From NCBI GenBank assembly GCA_964533145.1, contig CAZHLG010000002.1, positions 1-46,805 on the forward strand: 46,805 nt of DNA, in the 5' to 3' direction. This document shows, piece after piece, positions 33,909 through 42,546 of this stretch (position 1 is the first letter of the stretch; every line of letters begins with the position of its first letter). This DNA is from an uncultured Candidatus Saccharibacteria bacterium. Its GTDB lineage: Bacteria; Patescibacteriota; Minisyncoccia; Phycocordibacterales; UBA9973. Made by a program: the position numbers and the translations under genes. Below the pieces are notes generated by a model. It was not told where the DNA came from and made no database searches. It saw nothing but the letters and a program-made list of their open reading frames with translations.

Positions 33909-34343
33909 TTAGGCTTCGATGGTGCCGCCGGCCTTCTCGATCGCCTCCTTCGCGGAAGCGGACGCGAAACATCCGGTGACGGTGAGTTTTTTGAGGAGCG
34001 CGCCCGTGCCGAGGATCTTGACGATCGGCATGCGGCCGCCCACTTTCTTGACGAGGCCCTTCTTGGCGAGGATCGCCGGAGTAACGGTGTCCCCTGCCGC
34101 GAAATGCGCGTTGAGCGCAGCGAGGCTGACCGGCGCGTTCTCCATGTTCGGAGACGCGAAACGGTAGCCGCGGAGCTTCGGAAGCTTCTTGATCGCTTCG
34201 CGGAGCGCCGGACGGCGCTTGAAGCCGGCGCGGGCCGTAAGACCCTTACCGCCGCGTCCGGATGTCTTGCCGTGGCGTCCGCCGCGGCCGAGCTGGACGT
34301 GCTTCTTCTGCTGAGTATTGCGTTTGACGTTGTGCGTTTGCAT
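33909..34343 (-). CDS. rplO: 50S ribosomal protein L15
   Basis: 144 aa; GRGGRHGKTSGRGGKG. Confidence 0.95.
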   Translation of the reverse strand: MQTHNVKRNTQQKKHVQLGRGGRHGKTSGRGGKGLTARAGFKRRPALREAIKKLPKLRGYRFASPNMENAPVSLAALNAHFAAGDTVTPAILAKKGLVKKVGGRMPIVKILGTGALLKKLTVTGCFASASAKEAIEKAGGTIEA

Positions 34344-34361
34344 ATCGTACTTCTGTGTCGG

Positions 34362-35030
34362 TTAGGCTTTTGCCTCCTCCGGCTTGTCTTCCTTGACCGT
34401 CGCGCCAGCCTGAGCTGCGCGGTCGCTCTCGCTCTTGTGATGCATGACCTTGGAGCCGATGGTCGCAAGGGCCTTCATCGTCGCACGGGCGTTGTTGAGC
34501 TTGTTCTTGGAGCCGGAAAGGATCTTGGTGGTCACATCCTTCACGCCGGCGAGAAGGAGCATGTCGCGCGTGGCGGAGCCGGCGATCATGCCCTTGCCGC
34601 GGTTCGGCATGAGGATGACTTTGGCGCTGCCGAACTTGGCGGCGAGGTCATGCGGAAGCGACTGCGTCTTGGTGAGCTTGAGCTTGAGCATGTTCTTCTT
34701 GGCCGACTTCTGCGCTTTCTGGATGGCGAGCGAGGTGTCGATGGCCTTGCCGGTGCCGAGACCGACCATGCCCTTGCGGTCGCCGATGGCGAGCGCGACA
34801 GAGAAGGTCATGCGGCGTCCTCCGGAGACCACGCGGGTCACGCGGCGGATGGCGAGGATTTTCTGGTCGTATTCGGGCTTGGCACGCTCGAAGGTCGGGC
34901 GGCGTCCGCCCGGGCGCGGGCCGCCGCGGTGGCCGCCCGGTCCTCCCGGACCGCGGGAACCGCCGAACGGAGCTCCGCCGCGGAATCCTCCGCGCGGTGC
35001 GCCCTGCTTGGTTGTCGTTGTGTCTGCCAT
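34362..35030 (-). CDS. rpsE: 30S ribosomal protein S5, with an RGG-rich N-terminal extension and a charged C-terminal extension
   Basis: 222 aa; core ILAIRRVTRVVSGGRRMTFSVALAIGD...; N-terminal GAPRGGFRGGAPFGGSRGPGGPGGHRGGPRPGG. Confidence 0.95.
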   Translation of the reverse strand: MADTTTTKQGAPRGGFRGGAPFGGSRGPGGPGGHRGGPRPGGRRPTFERAKPEYDQKILAIRRVTRVVSGGRRMTFSVALAIGDRKGMVGLGTGKAIDTSLAIQKAQKSAKKNMLKLKLTKTQSLPHDLAAKFGSAKVILMPNRGKGMIAGSATRDMLLLAGVKDVTTKILSGSKNKLNNARATMKALATIGSKVMHHKSESDRAAQAGATVKEDKPEEAKA

Positions 35031-35034
35031 ATGA

Positions 35035-35382
35035 TTAGAAGGTGAGGCCCGCGGCGCGCGCTGCGTCCGCGAGGATCTTTACGCGACCGGCGTAGCGGAA
35101 ACCGCCGCGGTCGAACACGACCTGGGTAATGCCTTTCTCCTTGAGCGCCTTGGCGATGGCAGCACCGACAAACTCGGCGCCGGAGACCTTGGTCCCCTTC
35201 TGCGCAGCGTCGCTTGCGGACGCGATCGTCGTCTGCGTGCCGTCGTTGATCGCCTGGGCGTAGATGAAACGGTTGGAACGGAAGACGGCGAGGCGCGGGC
35301 GCTCGGCGGTACCGGCGATGCGCATGCGGATCTTCTTCTTCAGGCGGAGGCGCTTTTCTGTTTTTGCGTTTGTTGCTTTCAT
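35035..35382 (-). CDS. rplR: 50S ribosomal protein L18
   Basis: 115 aa; RPRLAVFRSNRFIYAQAI...FDRGGFRYAGRVKILADAAR. Confidence 0.95.
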   Translation of the reverse strand: MKATNAKTEKRLRLKKKIRMRIAGTAERPRLAVFRSNRFIYAQAINDGTQTTIASASDAAQKGTKVSGAEFVGAAIAKALKEKGITQVVFDRGGFRYAGRVKILADAARAAGLTF

Positions 35383-35400
35383 ATCGTCACTTCAAAAAGA

Positions 35401-35937
35401 TTACGCGGCCTTCTTGCCCTGCTTGCGGCGGATGACTTCGCCGTCATAACGGAAACCTTTGCCCTTGTACGGCTCCGGCTTCTTGAGCGCGCGGACAGAA
35501 GCGGCGAACTGGCCGACCTCTTCCTTGTCGATGCCGCTGATGGTGATGTTGTTCTTCTCCGCGGTGACCGTCAGGCCTTCCGGGATCGGAACAGAGACGC
35601 CGTGCGAGAAACCGAGGGCGAGCTCGAGGCTCTTGCCTTTGACTTCCGACTTGAAACCGACGCCTTCGAGGATGAGCTTCTTCTGATAGCCGACGGTGAC
35701 GCCCGCGAGCATGTTCTTCACATGCGATGCGTACGTGCCCCAGAGAGCGCGCGAGAAGATGTCCGACTCATTGCGGGGCTTGAGGATGACGTTGCCGCCT
35801 TCGATGATGATGACGACGTCGTTCTTGACCGCGCGCGTAAGCGCGCCCTTCGGGCCCTTCACAGTGAGGATTCCGTCTGCGAGCGAGACTTCCGTCTGCG
35901 CCGGGATCGGGATTGGTTGTTTTGCTATGCGTGACAT
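35401..35937 (-). CDS. rplF: 50S ribosomal protein L6
   Basis: Internal ATG 35937: MSRIAKQPIPIPAQTEVSLADGILTVKGPKG... Confidence 0.95.
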   Translation of the reverse strand: MSRIAKQPIPIPAQTEVSLADGILTVKGPKGALTRAVKNDVVIIIEGGNVILKPRNESDIFSRALWGTYASHVKNMLAGVTVGYQKKLILEGVGFKSEVKGKSLELALGFSHGVSVPIPEGLTVTAEKNNITISGIDKEEVGQFAASVRALKKPEPYKGKGFRYDGEVIRRKQGKKAA

Positions 35938-35944
35938 ATACGTT

Positions 35945-36331
35945 TTACCAGATGCTGAAAAGTATCTCGCCGCCGACGTGTTCCTTGCGAGCTTCCTTGT
36001 CCGTGAGAATGCCTTTCGGCGTCGAGAGCACGAGCAGACCGCGGCCGTTCTTGACGGACTTGATGTCGTGCACGCCCGCGTACATGCGGCGGGACGGCTT
36101 CGACACGCGGACGACCTCGCTGATCTTCGGCACGCGGTTCTCGGCGATGAGGGACACCTCAAGCACCGGGCGGCCGCGGCGGGTCTTCTGCGCAACCGGA
36201 CCGACGAAGCCTTCCTGGGAAAGCTTCTCCGCGATCGCGAGGCAGAGTTTGGACTGGGGAACGATGACGCTCTCGCGCAGGGCGCGGTTGGCGTTCTTCA
36301 TTCCGTTGAGCATGTTTGAGACAGGATCCAT
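35945..36331 (-). CDS. rpsH: 30S ribosomal protein S8
   Basis: 128 aa; MDPVSNMLNGMKNA... Confidence 0.95.
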   Translation of the reverse strand: MDPVSNMLNGMKNANRALRESVIVPQSKLCLAIAEKLSQEGFVGPVAQKTRRGRPVLEVSLIAENRVPKISEVVRVSKPSRRMYAGVHDIKSVKNGRGLLVLSTPKGILTDKEARKEHVGGEILFSIW

Positions 36332-36353
36332 AGTGATGTTGGTTAGCGAACGA

Positions 36354-36539
36354 TTACCAGCTGGACTTGCGCACGCCCGGAATCATGCCTTCGTTGGCAA
36401 GTTCGCGGAAGCAGATGCGGCAGAGACCGAAGTCGCGCATGAATGCGCGGCCGCGGCCGCATTTGAAGCAGCGGTTTTTCGACCGAGTGGAAAACTTAGG
36501 CTCGCGCGTAGCGCGGTATTTTGTTGATGTCTTTGCCAT
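36354..36539 (-). CDS. rpsN: 30S ribosomal protein S14, type Z (zinc-ribbon)
   Basis: 61 aa; [23 protein letters not shown]. Confidence 0.95.
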   Translation of the reverse strand: MAKTSTKYRATREPKFSTRSKNRCFKCGRGRAFMRDFGLCRICFRELANEGMIPGVRKSSW

Positions 36540-36658
36540 AGTTGATTAAAAAGAGGCCCGGCCGGACCGTATCACGCTCCATTCCTGCATTTCCCTTGCG
36601 AAACAAGGAAATAAAGGAGAAAAGCGGACGTTTCCGGCACTAAACTGCCTCGGCAATC

Positions 36659-36686
36659 ATATTAGCAGATTTTATAGTCCTGTCAA
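36659..36686 (-). promoter_or_regulatory. Sigma70-type promoter for the rpsN-to-map transcription unit
   Basis: Minus strand: TTGACA (36686-36681), 16 nt, TAATAT (36664-36659), about 120 nt upstream of the rpsN ATG. Confidence 0.6.
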
Positions 36687-36697
36687 TAAACTACGTG

Positions 36698-37432
36698 TCA
36701 TGCGGACTCCCCTATTTCCGTGCGGACGAGCGAGTAGAGACAAGCGCCCGTGCCGAGGGCTCGGCCGAGGTCTTCGGCGAGCTGACGGACATAGAAGCCG
36801 CTGCCGGTCTTGAGCGTCACCGAGACCAATGGGAGCTTTTCGGGCAAGTCCAGGGAAGACCAGCCGTGGGCGATTTCCGCCAGGCGGAAATCGCCCGTCA
36901 CCGCCGACACCACTTCCCCGACGCGCGTCAGCAGATCTTCGCGGGAGACGTCTTCAAGCGTCAGATCATCGTAGGCGCGGAGCGTCACCTCGTGTTCCGG
37001 GAGATCGACCGAATTGCCGAGGCGCGTATGCGTATGGAGCTGCGTTCCATCCACGGTCTTAGACGAGTACGGCGGATATTTCTGTGTGCGCGTGCCAAGC
37101 TGCGATTCGAAAAACGCCGTAATGGCCGCGCCGATCGCCTTCGGCTCAGCGCTCGCGCCGCCAAGCACGGGCACACCGAGCAGATCGAAGCTGTCCGTCG
37201 AGACACCAAGCACGATCTCGGCAAGATACGTCTTGTCGAGCCCCGAGTACTCATCCTTGTTCTTGCATTCGTCGCCGGCGAGGATGATGAGCACGCCTTC
37301 GGCCGCCGGATCAAGCCGGCCCGCATAGGTCATCGGCACGTCCGCCGCGATCCCCTCCTCGGCGCGCAGCCGCTCGAGCGCTTCGAGCGGCGTCTCACCG
37401 AGCGATTTCCAAACGGTATGTCTTTTCTCCAT
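36698..37432 (-). CDS. truB: tRNA pseudouridine synthase, TruB family
   Basis: 244 aa; YAGRLDPAAEGVLIIL (catalytic Asp); DKTYLAEIVLGVSTDSFDLLG; YSSKTVDGTQLHTHTR. Confidence 0.8.
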   Translation of the reverse strand: MEKRHTVWKSLGETPLEALERLRAEEGIAADVPMTYAGRLDPAAEGVLIILAGDECKNKDEYSGLDKTYLAEIVLGVSTDSFDLLGVPVLGGASAEPKAIGAAITAFFESQLGTRTQKYPPYSSKTVDGTQLHTHTRLGNSVDLPEHEVTLRAYDDLTLEDVSREDLLTRVGEVVSAVTGDFRLAEIAHGWSSLDLPEKLPLVSVTLKTGSGFYVRQLAEDLGRALGTGACLYSLVRTEIGESA

Positions 37433-37446
37433 ATGCGAATACGAAC

Positions 37447-38010
37447 CTAGCGTAGAAATTTCTCGAGGGCACGGCGTGTCTCTTCGACCGCCGTCTCAAG
37501 GTCGATGTTATGCACCACGACGTCTGCCTTGTCGGCATAGGTCATCTCTTCCGGGAAACGATCGATACGGACCTGGATCGACTCCGGCGAATCAGTGGCG
37601 CGAGCCTTGAGGCGCGAGATGATGATCTCCGTCGGCGCCGACACGAAGATCATGAGCGCGCGCTCGCCGAACTGCTGCTTGAGATTCCACGCACCCTTCA
37701 CGTCGATGTCGAAGACCGGCGTCTTGCCGAGCGCAGCGAGGCGGTCGAACTCGCGACGGAGCGTGCCGTAATACCGGCCCGGATACACCTCTTCCCACTC
37801 GACGAATTCGCCCGCGGCGGCCATCTCTTTGAATTGCCCGGTCGAGACAAAGTGATATTCAACACCGTCCCGCTCCGTGCCGCGCGGTTCGCGGTTCGTC
37901 GCGCTGATCGAAAACGCAAGCTCGGGAAAAAGCGCCATCATGCGCCTGGTGATGGTCGTCTTGCCCGCACCCGACGGCGCGCAGAAGATCACGAGCTTGG
38001 GTTCCTGCAT
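37447..38010 (-). CDS. gmk: Guanylate kinase
   Basis: Internal ATG 38010: MQEPKLVIFCAPSGAGKTTI...SATNREPRGTERDGVEYHFV... Confidence 0.9.
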   Translation of the reverse strand: MQEPKLVIFCAPSGAGKTTITRRMMALFPELAFSISATNREPRGTERDGVEYHFVSTGQFKEMAAAGEFVEWEEVYPGRYYGTLRREFDRLAALGKTPVFDIDVKGAWNLKQQFGERALMIFVSAPTEIIISRLKARATDSPESIQVRIDRFPEEMTYADKADVVVHNIDLETAVEETRRALEKFLR

Positions 38011-38089
38011 ATGGACACACACTACCATATGCATCCAAAAAAATCCCGGACAAAAAACCGCACCCTCAAGGATGCGGTTACTGCTGCAA

Positions 38090-38881
38090 TCACACATGCG
38101 GCACATGGAAATGTTCGAACGGCACGTGCTGGTTTTGCCACCGATTCGTCAATTCTTCAAAAAATTGACCTTGCGGTGCAAGTGTAGCCAGAGCGGCTTT
38201 AAACTGCTCGGGATGCGGTCCGTCTGGAAGATTCTTCCATGCATCGAGCTGCTTATTCCACAATAGTTTATTCAGGCTGTTTATTGCGCTGCTATGCACT
38301 CGAACAATTTTTTCTGAGTAATACAGGACCAATACAGTGTCGAGAAACGCGACTATTTCTTTGAGCTGCAGCAAGGTATCTGTACCGAAACCGGCAGGAT
38401 GTGAAGTTATTCTCGCCATGAGCTGGTCATATGCGGGAGATTCACAAAACCCCCGAACACGGTGGCCAATCAGCACGTACAGTTCCTTGCGAGCAGTGGA
38501 ACATTCCTTACTGCTGCCTGATATGACTTCAATGAATTCCGCAAATTCTTTACGGGAGGACTCCGCGAACACCGTCCGTTTGTCTTGAGAAAAACGTTCT
38601 AACTCGGCGACCACATCTTCGGAGAGTTGCCTGAATGCCAGGGAGCGCCGATATCGAGCATAGTCCGTGAGCAGATACAAACGGCTGGAAAGAACCATAC
38701 TCTTCCACAAAAAGAAACTGGCGTTGTTCACCGCGTCGCCAAAAGAATTGAGCGGACGATTTTTCTGCAGCTGCGACCGAGCTACGCTACGCTTATACCA
38801 ATACGTGATCGAGGCTATGATGAGTATCCCAAGGACCATTCCGGCCCATGACCCTGTGAAGAACAGTATGAAATTTTCCAT
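38090..38881 (-). CDS. Hypothetical N-terminally membrane-anchored protein, lower G+C than neighbours
   Basis: ORF 38090..38914; ATG 38881 gives MENFILFFTGSWAGMVLGILIIASITYWY (a single TM), then a ~235-aa helical domain with no recognised family. Sampled 60-nt lines are about 38-48% G+C, versus over 60% in flanking genes. Confidence 0.6.
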   Translation of the reverse strand: MENFILFFTGSWAGMVLGILIIASITYWYKRSVARSQLQKNRPLNSFGDAVNNASFFLWKSMVLSSRLYLLTDYARYRRSLAFRQLSEDVVAELERFSQDKRTVFAESSRKEFAEFIEVISGSSKECSTARKELYVLIGHRVRGFCESPAYDQLMARITSHPAGFGTDTLLQLKEIVAFLDTVLVLYYSEKIVRVHSSAINSLNKLLWNKQLDAWKNLPDGPHPEQFKAALATLAPQGQFFEELTNRWQNQHVPFEHFHVPHV

Positions 38882-38931
38882 ATGTACGTGTTTTTGTTTG
38901 CACGAAAAATACACTATTTTTTCCCATACGG

Positions 38932-38962
38932 CAAGAGCCGCGCCCGAAGGGCGCGGCTCTTG
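38932..38962. terminator. GC-rich hairpin just downstream of rplE
   Basis: CAAGAGCCGCGCCC-GAA-GGGCGCGGCTCTTG (14-bp stem). The T-rich tract lies only on the plus-strand side, so function as the rplE terminator is uncertain. Confidence 0.4.
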
Positions 38963-38974
38963 TGTTTTCGTTCT

Positions 38975-39529
38975 TTATTTCTTGTCGCCGTCTGCCGACT
39001 TGAACGGCACGCCGAGGAGTTCGAAGAATGCCTGACCTTCGGCCTGAGTCTTGGCCGAGGAGACGAGCGTCACCGCGAGGCCGAAGACATCCTTGATGTC
39101 TTCATCCGCGGTCTCCGGGAAGATCGTGTGCTCCTTGATGCCGAGCGTGAGGTTGCCGATGGCGTCCACCGCGGTGCGGTTGAAGCCGCGGAAGTCCTTC
39201 GTGCGCGGAACTGCGATGTTGAAGAACTTCTCGAGGAAGGCGTACATGCGCGGACCCCGGAGCGTGACCGTGAGGCCGACCGGGTCGCCCTGGCGGATCT
39301 TGAACGAGGCGATCGACTGCTTCGCGCCGCGGAGCGCCGGCTTCTGGCCGGTGATCTTGGTGAGGCGGTCGGCAACGAGCTCGTTGCGCTTCGGGTCGCG
39401 CTTCATGGCGCCGCCCGTGCCGGACGAGACGTTGACCTTGAGCAGGCGCGGTGCGGCCATCACGTTCTGGTAGCCGAACTTTCCCTTGAGGGTCTCGTAC
39501 GATTTCTGTGCTTTTTCTTTGACGGTCAT
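38975..39529 (-). CDS. rplE: 50S ribosomal protein L5
   Basis: 184 aa; NVMAAPRLLKVNVSSGTG... Confidence 0.95.
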   Translation of the reverse strand: MTVKEKAQKSYETLKGKFGYQNVMAAPRLLKVNVSSGTGGAMKRDPKRNELVADRLTKITGQKPALRGAKQSIASFKIRQGDPVGLTVTLRGPRMYAFLEKFFNIAVPRTKDFRGFNRTAVDAIGNLTLGIKEHTIFPETADEDIKDVFGLAVTLVSSAKTQAEGQAFFELLGVPFKSADGDKK

Positions 39530-39596
39530 AGTGTGTGGAGGATTCAGGTCGAGGGCATCCCCCTCACCTGGTACCTTGTTAGTTTCTAAACGAGGG

Positions 39597-39902
39597 CTAG
39601 ATTTCCTGGCCGCTCTTCTTTGCGACGCGGACTTTCTTGCCGTTCACGTCCTTGGCGCCGATGCGGGTCGGCTTGCCGGACTTCGGATCGATGAGCGCGA
39701 CATTGGAGCGGTTCATCGGATGCGCCATGTCGACAATCTGGCCCTTGCCGCCGCGAGTCTTGGCGCGCATGTGGCGCTTCTTCATGTTGAGGCCCTCGAC
39801 GAGGACGCGGTTCTCTTTCGGGAAGACGGACAGGACCTGGCCTTTCTTGCCGGCGTCCTTGCCCTTCGTCACGATAACAGTGTCTCCTTTCTTGATGTTC
39901 AT
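39597..39902 (-). CDS. rplX: 50S ribosomal protein L24
   Basis: Internal ATG 39902: MNIKKGDTVIVTKGKDAGKKGQVLSV... Confidence 0.95.
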   Translation of the reverse strand: MNIKKGDTVIVTKGKDAGKKGQVLSVFPKENRVLVEGLNMKKRHMRAKTRGGKGQIVDMAHPMNRSNVALIDPKSGKPTRIGAKDVNGKKVRVAKKSGQEI

Positions 39903-39906
39903 GGCA

Positions 39907-40284
39907 TTAAATGACCTCCGGCGCGAGGGAGATGATCTTCTGGTAACCGCGCTCGGCGAGCTCGCGCGGGATCGGGCCGAAGATGCGGCCGGCGATCGGC
40001 TCGAACTTCTGCTTGCCCGTGCCCACGAGCACGACGGCGTTGTCGTCGAACGAGATGTACGATCCGTCCTTGCGGCGCATCGGCTCGCGCTGGCGGACGA
40101 CGACGGCGCGGTGGACGCCTTTCTTCTTGACGCCCTTGCGCGGCTCGGCGATCTGGACCGAGACGATGACGAGATCGCCGATCTCGGCATAGCGGCGCTT
40201 CGAGGAGCCGAGCACCTTGAACACGCGGCCGATCTTGCCGCCGGCGTTGTCTGCGATCTTCACGATGGACTGTGGCTGAATCAT
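39907..40284 (-). CDS. rplN: 50S ribosomal protein L14
   Basis: 125 aa; MIQPQSIVKIADNAGGK... Confidence 0.95.
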   Translation of the reverse strand: MIQPQSIVKIADNAGGKIGRVFKVLGSSKRRYAEIGDLVIVSVQIAEPRKGVKKKGVHRAVVVRQREPMRRKDGSYISFDDNAVVLVGTGKQKFEPIAGRIFGPIPRELAERGYQKIISLAPEVI

Positions 40285-40305
40285 AGGTTACTTCTCGAAC
40301 GTTGC

Positions 40306-40566
40306 TTACTCGGTGACGAGGGTGAAGCGCTTGTCCTTGGAGATCGGGCGAGTCTCGGCGATATTGACGGTCTCGCCGACCTTTGCCGCGCCGTTCTCGT
40401 CGTGGACTTTGTACTTCTTGGTGATCTTCTGGTACTTCTGGTACTTCGGGTGCTTCACGTAGCGGGTGACCGCCACGGTGACCGTCTTCTGCATTGCGGC
40501 CTTGACGACGGTGCCGGAGAGCACGGTTCCCTTCTTGGATTCGGTTGTGGTTTTCTTGGTTGCCAT
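40306..40566 (-). CDS. rpsQ: 30S ribosomal protein S17
   Basis: 86 aa; LSGTVVKAAMQKTVTVAVTRYVKHPKYQKY. Confidence 0.95.
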   Translation of the reverse strand: MATKKTTTESKKGTVLSGTVVKAAMQKTVTVAVTRYVKHPKYQKYQKITKKYKVHDENGAAKVGETVNIAETRPISKDKRFTLVTE

Positions 40567-40575
40567 ATGCTTGCT

Positions 40576-40995
40576 TTATGCGCGCGTAACGACGCGGGTC
40601 CGGACCGGGAGCTTGGTGCCCGCCTTGCGGAGCGCCTCGCGGGCCGTCTTCTCGTCGATTCCATCGAGTTCAAAAATGACACGACCAGGGCGAATCTCGG
40701 CGCAAAAGCCCTGCGGGTCGCCCTTACCCTTACCCATACCCACCTCAGCCGGCTTTGCCGTATACGGTCGGTCCGGGAAGATGCGGATCCATGCCTTGCC
40801 GGTCTTGGTCATCTGGCGGGCCATGGCCTTGCGGGCTGCCTCGAGCTGGTTGGAGCGAATGCGGCCTGCGGTCTCGGCCTTGAGGCCGAAGGAACCGTAC
40901 GCGAGCGTGATACCGCGGGTATCAGGCTTCTGACTGGTCATGTCCTTGCGGCCGGTGTGCCACTTGCGGTGTTTGACTTTCTTGGGGAAAAGCAT
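40576..40995 (-). CDS. rplP: 50S ribosomal protein L16
   Basis: 139 aa; MLFPKKVKHRKWHTGR... Confidence 0.95.
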   Translation of the reverse strand: MLFPKKVKHRKWHTGRKDMTSQKPDTRGITLAYGSFGLKAETAGRIRSNQLEAARKAMARQMTKTGKAWIRIFPDRPYTAKPAEVGMGKGKGDPQGFCAEIRPGRVIFELDGIDEKTAREALRKAGTKLPVRTRVVTRA

Positions 40996-40998
40996 GGG

Positions 40999-41673
40999 TT
41001 ACTTCTTGGGAGCTTCTTTCTCGTTAAAGACCTCGCCGCGGTAGATCCAGACCTTGATGCCGATGTCGCCGTAGGTCATGTGCGCGCGCTCGCGAGTGTA
41101 ATCGACGTCGGCGCGGAACGTCTGCAGCGGAATGGATCCGCGCTTCTGCTCTTCGATGCGGGCGATCTCGGCGCCGCCGAGACGGCCGGAAAGGACGATC
41201 TTCACGCCTTCGACACCGCGCGTGGCGATGACGCGCTCAACAGCCTGCTTCATGACGCGGCGGAACGGCAGGCGCTTCTCGAGCGCCTCGGCGACCGAGT
41301 AGGCCACGATGTGCGCGTCTGCGTCCGGATTCGCAACCTCGACGATGTCGAGCTTGAGTTCCTCCGGGACAGGGATGCCCTTCTTTTTCATGAAGGTCAC
41401 GATCTCCTGCTTGAGCTTGGTCGAACCTTCGCCGGAGCGGCCGATGACCATGCCCGGGCGGGACGTGCGGATGATGAAGCGGGTGCTCTTCGGGCTGCGT
41501 TCCATCTCGATGGACGACACGTAAAAGCCGCGCATGCGCTTCTCGAGGTACTCGCGCACGAGAACGTCGCCCTTGAGGTACTCCTTGTACTTCTTGGGGC
41601 CGGCAAACCAGCGCGACTTCCAGTCACGGAGGATTACGAGGCGGTGCGCATACGGATGGACTACTTTAGACAT
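40999..41673 (-). CDS. rpsC: 30S ribosomal protein S3
   Basis: 224 aa; KVVHPYAHRLVILRDWKSRWFA... Confidence 0.95.
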   Translation of the reverse strand: MSKVVHPYAHRLVILRDWKSRWFAGPKKYKEYLKGDVLVREYLEKRMRGFYVSSIEMERSPKSTRFIIRTSRPGMVIGRSGEGSTKLKQEIVTFMKKKGIPVPEELKLDIVEVANPDADAHIVAYSVAEALEKRLPFRRVMKQAVERVIATRGVEGVKIVLSGRLGGAEIARIEEQKRGSIPLQTFRADVDYTRERAHMTYGDIGIKVWIYRGEVFNEKEAPKK

Positions 41674-41676
41674 ATA

Positions 41677-42135
41677 TTACTCCTTGGTTTCTTTGGCTGC
41701 CTTCTTGGTAACGGCCTTCTTCGCAGCCGGCTTTTTTGCGGCAGCCTTTTTGGCAGCCGGAGCCTTGACGGGCTCTGCCTTCTCGGCAGCAGCCTTCGGA
41801 GCCTTCTTCCCTGCCTTCTCAGCAAGAATGATGGTCACATGGCTGGCATGCTTGTGGATCGAAGACGCACGGCCGAAGGCGCGCGGCATGTGGCGCTTGA
41901 GCACGATGCCCTTGTCCACCATGACCTCTTTGACGATGAGGTTCTCGGCGTCAGCACCCGCGACTTTCGCGTTTGCGACAGCGGAAGCAAGCAGCTTCTC
42001 CATCGGGAGAGCGGCGCGCTTGGCGAGGTGCTTGAGCTCGAGCTCTGCGCGAGCGACCTGCTTGCCCTTGATGAGGCCGGCAACGAGGCGGACCTTGCGG
42101 GGGGCTTGTCTGTAGTTCTTGAGATAGGCTTTCAT
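41677..42135 (-). CDS. rplV: 50S ribosomal protein L22, with a Lys/Ala-rich C-terminal extension
   Basis: 152 aa; the core through HVTIILAEK, then KKAPKAAAEKAEPVKAPAAKKAAAKKPAAKKAVTKKAAKETKE. Confidence 0.95.
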   Translation of the reverse strand: MKAYLKNYRQAPRKVRLVAGLIKGKQVARAELELKHLAKRAALPMEKLLASAVANAKVAGADAENLIVKEVMVDKGIVLKRHMPRAFGRASSIHKHASHVTIILAEKAGKKAPKAAAEKAEPVKAPAAKKAAAKKPAAKKAVTKKAAKETKE

Positions 42136-42162
42136 GGCTTCAAAATAGGGCGCTGGGAGGGA

Positions 42163-42507
42163 TTATTTCTTCTTGGCGTCGCCGGAGTCCTTGGCTGCCT
42201 TGGCAGCTGCGATCTCGCTTTCTTTCTGCTTCTGCTCGAGCTCCTTCTGCATCTTACCGCCGTGCTTGCGGAAGGTGCGAGTCGGGGAAAACTCGCCGAG
42301 GCGGTGGCCGACCATGTCTTCGGTAACGATGACCTCGACATGTGTTTTGCCGTTGTGCACACCAAAAGTGAACCCGACCATTTCCGGGGCAATCTGGCAG
42401 GCACGGCTCCATGTCTTGATCATGGGAGTCTTGGACGGCTCTTTGCCCTCAATCTTCTTCATGAGGCGCTCGTCGAGATAGGGACCTTTTTTGAGTGATC
42501 GTGTCAT
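42163..42507 (-). CDS. rpsS: 30S ribosomal protein S19, with a charged C-terminal extension
   Basis: Internal ATG 42507: [20 protein letters not shown]...[17 protein letters not shown], then a [27 protein letters not shown] tail. Confidence 0.95.
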   Translation of the reverse strand: MTRSLKKGPYLDERLMKKIEGKEPSKTPMIKTWSRACQIAPEMVGFTFGVHNGKTHVEVIVTEDMVGHRLGEFSPTRTFRKHGGKMQKELEQKQKESEIAAAKAAKDSGDAKKK

Positions 42508-42546
42508 ACGGTAATTAAAAAGCTGGCGAGATAGCCAACGCAAGAC

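Noticed and set aside
39637-42498. 953-aa plus-strand ORF, with similar very long ORFs at 32628..35045 (+), 12624..14534 (+), 19070..21001 (+), 26023..27363 (+), 24514..25743 (+) and 5163..6263 (-)
   Set aside because: All lie antisense to genes with unmistakable conserved products (r-proteins, secY, ftsH, beta-CASP nuclease, the ATPase, recG). Their translations are Arg/Ala/Gly/Asp-rich and low in complexity, typical of stop-poor antisense frames in high-G+C DNA.
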